From Fibrobacteria bacterium (GTDB taxonomy: Bacteria; Fibrobacterota; Chitinivibrionia; Chitinivibrionales; FEN-1185): a DNA stretch of 64,000 nt. This document shows positions 58,586 to 64,000 of the stretch, piece by piece. Within the stretch, counting starts at the first letter, position 1; each line of letters starts with the position of its first letter. The notes below the pieces were generated by a model. That model saw only the letters and a list, made by a program, of their open reading frames with translations, was not told the origin of the DNA and did not search any database. Position numbers and translations under genes: made by a program. The DNA is taken from NCBI GenBank assembly GCA_037447435.1, contig JBBIGR010000007.1, positions 92,701 to 156,700 of the forward strand, given 5' to 3'.

Positions 58586-61500
58586 CTAAAATTCCGCGCC
58601 CAACGAGAAATAGTCTTTAGTCGGGCCGGCATAGCTGGTCCAGTCGGTTTTCCACGCATGGTCGTAGCGTAATACGAATATCCCCAGATTTGCCCGCAAC
58701 CCAAAACCGAAACCGCCGTAGATCTTTTTCGGCAGGGGAAAATTAGAAAATTCCTCGTCCCGGTTCCAGGCGTTTCCGGCATCGGCAAATACTGCGCCGT
58801 TGATATATCGGATGGCGATCGGAAGCGGCCAGGCAAGCGAAAATTCCTTTATAAACGGGAATCTGAATTCGGTGTTGAAAACGGCGAATTTGGTACCGAT
58901 ACGGTCCAGGTATTCCCAGCCGCGGAACGGGACAATCATATCGGAATAAAAGAAATTGCGGATGTTTTCCTTGTAGCCTTCGCTGTTTATGTCGTCTAAT
59001 CCGTAAAATACCCAGTTTTCATTTCCGCCAAGAAAAAATTTCTTCGACGAAGCCTCGTTGCCTCGAAGGGGAATGCTTGCGCCGAAGGCGACTTTATTCG
59101 CCCACACGAAACGGTGCCACAAATGGAAGTATTTTCGAAAATCAAAATCCAGCGAGGCAAACGCCGCCTCGATGTCTTTGATCGGCGGAGACACCTGGGC
59201 CCGTACCTGTCCGCGAATGCCGTTGAGCGGCCCGGTTATTCCCCAGAGCGTATTGTCGAACACATAGGAGAGCGTCGGAATGAAAATATTGACGGTATAC
59301 GGCCCCATGGTCGTATCGGTAACATATCCCGTGGAAGCGTTATATACGTACGGCGTGCGATACAGGTTCTCGTAATACGCGGAAAAATCGACGCGCGACG
59401 TCATGCTGAACGGATAACGAAGCAAGAAGGTTCCGCCGCCGTTTTGGTCGAACGATATGGTGTCGCCGAAAATGCTTTGCGACGTGTATTCTCTGTTGTA
59501 AAAGAGCCCGCCGCCGTAATTGAGTTTGTGCTCCAAATTCGTGTACGAGGCGTACAAATGCATATAGTCGGCAACGTTACCCTGAATATCTCCCATGACC
59601 GCAATCTGATGATTGCCAAATAGGTCGGAAAAAACCGCCAGCCATTGCCCGGCTATGCCGTACCCGTAATACGCGTTGGTACCGACGCCGAGGGCGACCA
59701 TATCCGGGGCGAATTTAAGCTTATAGGGTTTTTTGGTCAACGAATCGAGGTTTATTTTAACCGGCGATGTTGCGACGATGTTTTTTTGCTTAGTCGAATC
59801 CGCTTTCGGTTTTGCAATTACAGCGCTGTCGACGCGGGAACTGTCTTTGACATGCGGAGCGGCTTGGGCGATTGGTTTGCGACCGGTTGCCGAATCGGGC
59901 AAAGCAGACAGGGTATCGGTTTCGAAAATATCCTCCGAAATCATGGACGATTCGGACGGTTTTTTCACCGAAGTATTTCCATATATTTCGGATTTACCGG
60001 TTTTTTCGGGCTTCGTTTCCGCGATTTCGTACTCGCTTTTTACGTATGCCGAAAAGTAAATGGCCGACGTATCGGTTAGGGATTCCATCCATTTTGTTTT
60101 TTCGAGCGGTTTTGCATAGGCTTTTTTAAGCGGGTCTCGCATCTGCCAAATATCCCATCCGCTTTTTTGAAATAGGCAATACACGACCAGAGCCGTGTCG
60201 GCCGCCCAATCCGGGTTCGAACATCCGCCGATGACATCGGTAAGCGCATGGCTGCTGTCCGGGTTTTCCACGGGTGCATAATAGAGATTGTCTATGCCGT
60301 TTTGGTCGGACACGTACATAAGATTTTTGCCGTCGTTACCGATCGAGGGGCTTTTTTTATTCCACGGTGTAAAGGTCAGCTGCGATGCATGCCTCGACGC
60401 GATATCGTATTTCCACAGTTGCGACATAGTTGAAAATTTGTTTCTGGATGTCCTGCTTGCCAGGCCGCAGGTGTCCTGACATGCAAAGTAAATCGCAGTG
60501 CCGTCTTTTGAAAAATGAGGGTCCGATTTCGATTTGATATCCGATGTCAATTGGGTGCACGCGTCGGTTTTTAAGTCGTACAAGAACAGGTCGCTTTCCC
60601 CGTTGTTAATCGCGCAGAAGACGATTTCGTCCCTACGCAGCGACCAGTCGGGTGCAAAGATCGCCGTCACATTCGGAGATATTGTCCGTACCCGTTTTTT
60701 TGACCGCAGGTTGAAAATACTGATGACGTCCTTGCCTTTTTCCGATGATACGAAAGCAAGATTATCGCTGTGCGGCGACCAGCACATGCCGCTTCGAAAC
60801 GGATGAAATGATTCGAAACTACCGCCGAAACCGGTTTCGTCCAATTCGAATTCGATGTTTTTTTCCCGGTCGACGATGAGAATTTTGGTGTAGTCGTGCA
60901 GGTCGCTGTAATAGGCGATATGCTTGCCGTTGGGTGAAATCCTCGGTTTGAGGTTGAAGTTGCTGTGGTCCTTGACATGTGAAGTTATTGCCGCACTGTT
61001 TTTTGTAGGCTCGGTCCTGCGGCCGATTTCGGGCCAATACAATTTCCGCAATTCGGTTTTCCAATCGTCGCCAAGCTCCTCCGGGGTTTTATCGTATACC
61101 GATTTGAAACTCGCTTCAATGTTTTTGGTTTCCTTAAATTTGGATAAAAGCCGGGAAAACTGTTTTTCCCCGCGCGAAGACGCAACATAATACAGAAAGC
61201 TTTGCCCGCCTTTATAGGCCATGTAGCCGTCGAGTTCGGGGCCGGGAAGCGGTATGGAACCGAAAATCGTTTGGTCCATAAGAAACATGTCGGCCTCGGT
61301 GTTCCAGCCGCTCGAAAGGTATTCTGCCAACCCTTCGGCAAACCAAAGAGGCATTTGCGCCTGGCCGCCGGACAAAAGAGAACTGCCCAATTGGTCGTAT
61401 AAAATAGCGTATTCGAACCCATGAACCAATTCATGGTGTAGTACGTGTCGAAGGACATCGTAGGATCCGTCGAACGGGACAACGATTCGATTTCGTATTT

Positions 61501-61885
61501 GGGTTGTGAACCCGCCGACGCCTTCGGGTAAGATTTCGTTGATTACATTCGTTTGGCCGAAAGAAGCGGGGCTGTCGAATAGTATGAGCGGAAGCCGATC
61601 TTTAGGTGAAAGTTGAAAATCCCGGCTCAGGGAAAAATAGGCGTTTTCTATCCACTGCGAGGCGATGGTCGGCAAGGGTCCCTGGTTTTGGGAAAAATAA
61701 ATGTCGAAATTGGGAATTTGATACGATTGCCAATTAAAATGCCGGTATTCGACTTTATTTTTTCCGAATTGCTGGCAAAAGCCCGGTTGCACAATTGTAA
61801 ATAAACAAACCCCTAACAAAGACAGCAGGCCGATTCGAAACGAAGGGGATCTGAAAGTAAATAGCATAGTATTGTATAGCCTCAT
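58586..61885 (-). CDS. Exported protein: MA-clan metallopeptidase, PD40 beta-propeller and Omp85/BamA-like barrel
   Basis: QFGKNKV, HELVH and WFAEGLAEY, P.WSP repeats, FRFP...FADAG.AW, C-terminal SLGAEF; start uncertain. Confidence 0.85.
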   Translation of the reverse strand: MRLYNTMLFTFRSPSFRIGLLSLLGVCLFTIVQPGFCQQFGKNKVEYRHFNWQSYQIPNFDIYFSQNQGPLPTIASQWIENAYFSLSRDFQLSPKDRLPLILFDSPASFGQTNVINEILPEGVGGFTTQIRNRIVVPFDGSYDVLRHVLHHELVHGFEYAILYDQLGSSLLSGGQAQMPLWFAEGLAEYLSSGWNTEADMFLMDQTIFGSIPLPGPELDGYMAYKGGQSFLYYVASSRGEKQFSRLLSKFKETKNIEASFKSVYDKTPEELGDDWKTELRKLYWPEIGRRTEPTKNSAAITSHVKDHSNFNLKPRISPNGKHIAYYSDLHDYTKILIVDREKNIEFELDETGFGGSFESFHPFRSGMCWSPHSDNLAFVSSEKGKDVISIFNLRSKKRVRTISPNVTAIFAPDWSLRRDEIVFCAINNGESDLFLYDLKTDACTQLTSDIKSKSDPHFSKDGTAIYFACQDTCGLASRTSRNKFSTMSQLWKYDIASRHASQLTFTPWNKKSPSIGNDGKNLMYVSDQNGIDNLYYAPVENPDSSHALTDVIGGCSNPDWAADTALVVYCLFQKSGWDIWQMRDPLKKAYAKPLEKTKWMESLTDTSAIYFSAYVKSEYEIAETKPEKTGKSEIYGNTSVKKPSESSMISEDIFETDTLSALPDSATGRKPIAQAAPHVKDSSRVDSAVIAKPKADSTKQKNIVATSPVKINLDSLTKKPYKLKFAPDMVALGVGTNAYYGYGIAGQWLAVFSDLFGNHQIAVMGDIQGNVADYMHLYASYTNLEHKLNYGGGLFYNREYTSQSIFGDTISFDQNGGGTFLLRYPFSMTSRVDFSAYYENLYRTPYVYNASTGYVTDTTMGPYTVNIFIPTLSYVFDNTLWGITGPLNGIRGQVRAQVSPPIKDIEAAFASLDFDFRKYFHLWHRFVWANKVAFGASIPLRGNEASSKKFFLGGNENWVFYGLDDINSEGYKENIRNFFYSDMIVPFRGWEYLDRIGTKFAVFNTEFRFPFIKEFSLAWPLPIAIRYINGAVFADAGNAWNRDEEFSNFPLPKKIYGGFGFGLRANLGIFVLRYDHAWKTDWTSYAGPTKDYFSLGAEF

Positions 61886-62381
61886 TTTGTTTAAAGACCG
61901 TTTGAATTAATGCCGTTACTGTATTAAAATACGGAATGACTGATAAAAGAATAAAAAAAATTATGCTTAAAAACGGTGCGTGAAATAACTTATATAGAGA
62001 AATGTCTTGCATTTTACCTTTGAAATATTTTATTTGATATCTTCTTGCAGTTTTCCGATTCGTCGTCGAACGATTTCGTTTGAATCGGTCTGCAATTCAA
62101 ACAATTGTGGTGGGATGCATTTTTTCCTGTTTCCTGATGTGCGTACTCAGCGAAATTTCAGTCGATAGGGCGGCTTTTAGCAGTATCTTTTATCTCAGAC
62201 AATTTGATTTGGAAAAAAGGTGTCATTTGTTCAATAATTATTTAATGTCAGAGCTTGTGGCAAAACTTGACTCTAATAGTCACCAAAAGTATTTTGATTC
62301 CGATTGAATCCTTAAATTCTTTGATTTAAACAGTGCTACTCATTTAAGCCCTTAATAATTTATAAAAAAGAATAGGACGAT

Positions 62382-63929
62382 ATGAACTGCAGAAAAATTT
62401 CTCCGGCATTATTTCTGTATTTTCTTGTTGTTTGTGTCGGTGTTTCGATGGGTGGGAGAAAGATCGTCGTACCGCATGACTTTCCTACCATTCACGCCGC
62501 ACTTGGTGAAGCAGATGAAGGTGATACCGTATTTGTTTCCAACGGTACGTATCATGAGCATATCGCTTTGGCCGACAATGTGGTTCTTATGGGACAAGAT
62601 ATGCGCAAAACGATTATCGACGGCGACCGGACCGGTCCTTGTGTTCTCGGTGCGGATAACGCGACGATAACAAATTTTACAATTATTAATGGTAAAACCG
62701 GAATACTCTGTAAAAACACGCGTCCTATAATTTCTCGAAACCTCATCATAGACAACAAGGGCGCCGGCATACATGCCCTGATTTCCCTTCCCGATATCAA
62801 TAACAACATTATTTATCGAAACGAATGGACCGGCATTTTCCTTGAATCGAGTCGCGGTACCCGTACATCCATAGACCATAACGTCATACTCGAAAACGGG
62901 TATTGTGCCATTTTCTGCGCTCACCGTACGGAAGTCCTGGTTCGCAACAATATCCTCATGGACAATAAGCAATACGGCATTTATATTGCCCCGGGCTCGC
63001 GCAAGACCCGAATCATTTATAATAATATTTTTGGAAATCGCGCGCCGTTTAACGCTCTTGCGGTTGTCAATGAAACCAATATTTCGCACGATCCTATCTT
63101 CATTTCTGCCGATTATCCTGAATTCAATTATTTCGTAAAACCGGTTTCCACCTGTAAGGCAAAAGGCGAGAATGGGACCGATATCGGTCTTATCACGGAA
63201 AAAATGATTGAGGCAATGGGAACCGATCGCGATGGCGACGGAATTCCCGACGATATCGACCAATGCCCCGATGTTCCGGAAGACAAGGACGGATTTGAAG
63301 ATGAAGACGGTTGTCCGGACTATGACAATGATAAGGACGGGATTTACGATGCGCAGGACGAATGTCCGAATGATCCTGAAGATCGCGATGGATTCCAGGA
63401 TGCGGACGGTTGCCCTGACCCGGATAATGACAAAGACGGGATTTGCGATCCTTGGGTGTCTGAAAAAGGTTTGCAAGCAAAATATGCCAAGATTTGTAAA
63501 GGTACGGATCAATGTCCCAATCAGCCGGAAACATTCAACAACTTTAAAGATGAAGACGGTTGCCCGGACGAAAAGCCCATGGAAATCAAGCAAACGCTTA
63601 CTTTGCGCGGTGTGAATTTTAAAACCGCCAGCGCGGAATTGCTTGAAGAATCCTATTATATGCTTGAGCAAGTTTACAATAGTCTCGAAGCCTATCCCAA
63701 TGTGAAAGTTGAAATCGGTGGACACACTGATAATCAGGGCGGAGCACAATACAATCTCGTATTGTCGTATCAACGTGCCAAATCGGTTATGGATTATCTT
63801 ATTATGAGAGGAATTTCGGCAACGCGTCTGGTTGCAAAAGGTTATGGACTCGAAAAACCTGTTGCTTCCAATAATACTGCTGAAGGAAGAGCTCTTAATA
63901 GGCGAGTTGAGGTTGTTCCGATTAAATAA
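62382..63929 (+). CDS. OmpA family protein with right-handed beta-helix and thrombospondin type 3 repeats
   Basis: VPHDFPTI, Asn-rich beta-helix, DGDGIPD..D.CP/DEDGCPD repeats, GHTD...LS..RA...NRRVE. Confidence 0.92.
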   Translation: MNCRKISPALFLYFLVVCVGVSMGGRKIVVPHDFPTIHAALGEADEGDTVFVSNGTYHEHIALADNVVLMGQDMRKTIIDGDRTGPCVLGADNATITNFTIINGKTGILCKNTRPIISRNLIIDNKGAGIHALISLPDINNNIIYRNEWTGIFLESSRGTRTSIDHNVILENGYCAIFCAHRTEVLVRNNILMDNKQYGIYIAPGSRKTRIIYNNIFGNRAPFNALAVVNETNISHDPIFISADYPEFNYFVKPVSTCKAKGENGTDIGLITEKMIEAMGTDRDGDGIPDDIDQCPDVPEDKDGFEDEDGCPDYDNDKDGIYDAQDECPNDPEDRDGFQDADGCPDPDNDKDGICDPWVSEKGLQAKYAKICKGTDQCPNQPETFNNFKDEDGCPDEKPMEIKQTLTLRGVNFKTASAELLEESYYMLEQVYNSLEAYPNVKVEIGGHTDNQGGAQYNLVLSYQRAKSVMDYLIMRGISATRLVAKGYGLEKPVASNNTAEGRALNRRVEVVPIK

Positions 63930-64000
63930 GATTGCTAATAACGTAATAAACTTTGCGAGGTAGGCAGTGGAAACAAAGCGAGAATCAATAGGAGCCAGAA

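Noticed and set aside
62080..62307. 75-aa ORF in the divergent spacer
   Set aside because: TTG start without SD, no motifs; likely promoter DNA.

Overview
Bacterial chromosomal window of moderate GC. Several secreted enzymes carry T9SS/FlgD-like C-terminal sorting domains, suggesting an anaerobic polysaccharide degrader of the Fibrobacterota/FCB group (inference). The core scaffold comprises guaA, tRNAs Gln/Glu/Val, thrS-infC-rpmI-rplT-pheS-pheT-zapB-zapA-rny, ymdB-xseA-xseB-ispA, ettA, a moxR/DUF58 cluster and a group 3b-like hydrogenase fragment with hypABF. A ~25 kb accessory tract separates rny from ymdB and holds GH5, GH43, a sugar porter, cidA/lrgB, two type II TA pairs, purU, secreted proteins and a paired-ATPase/SEL1 module. 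The most notable element is a ~2.5 kb AT-rich islet at the guaA 3' end, bounded by a perfect 24-bp direct repeat. It encodes a three-gene operon read by eye as a COMMD-like protein, an antitoxin-like protein and a small ADP-ribosyltransferase-like protein, a candidate undescribed defence/TA system. Also seen: two otherwise intact genes each interrupted by one in-frame TAG, a fused and degenerate hydrogenase gamma/delta gene with no adjacent large subunit, an ATC start for infC, and candidate sRNAs. All calls come from motif recognition; no searches were run.
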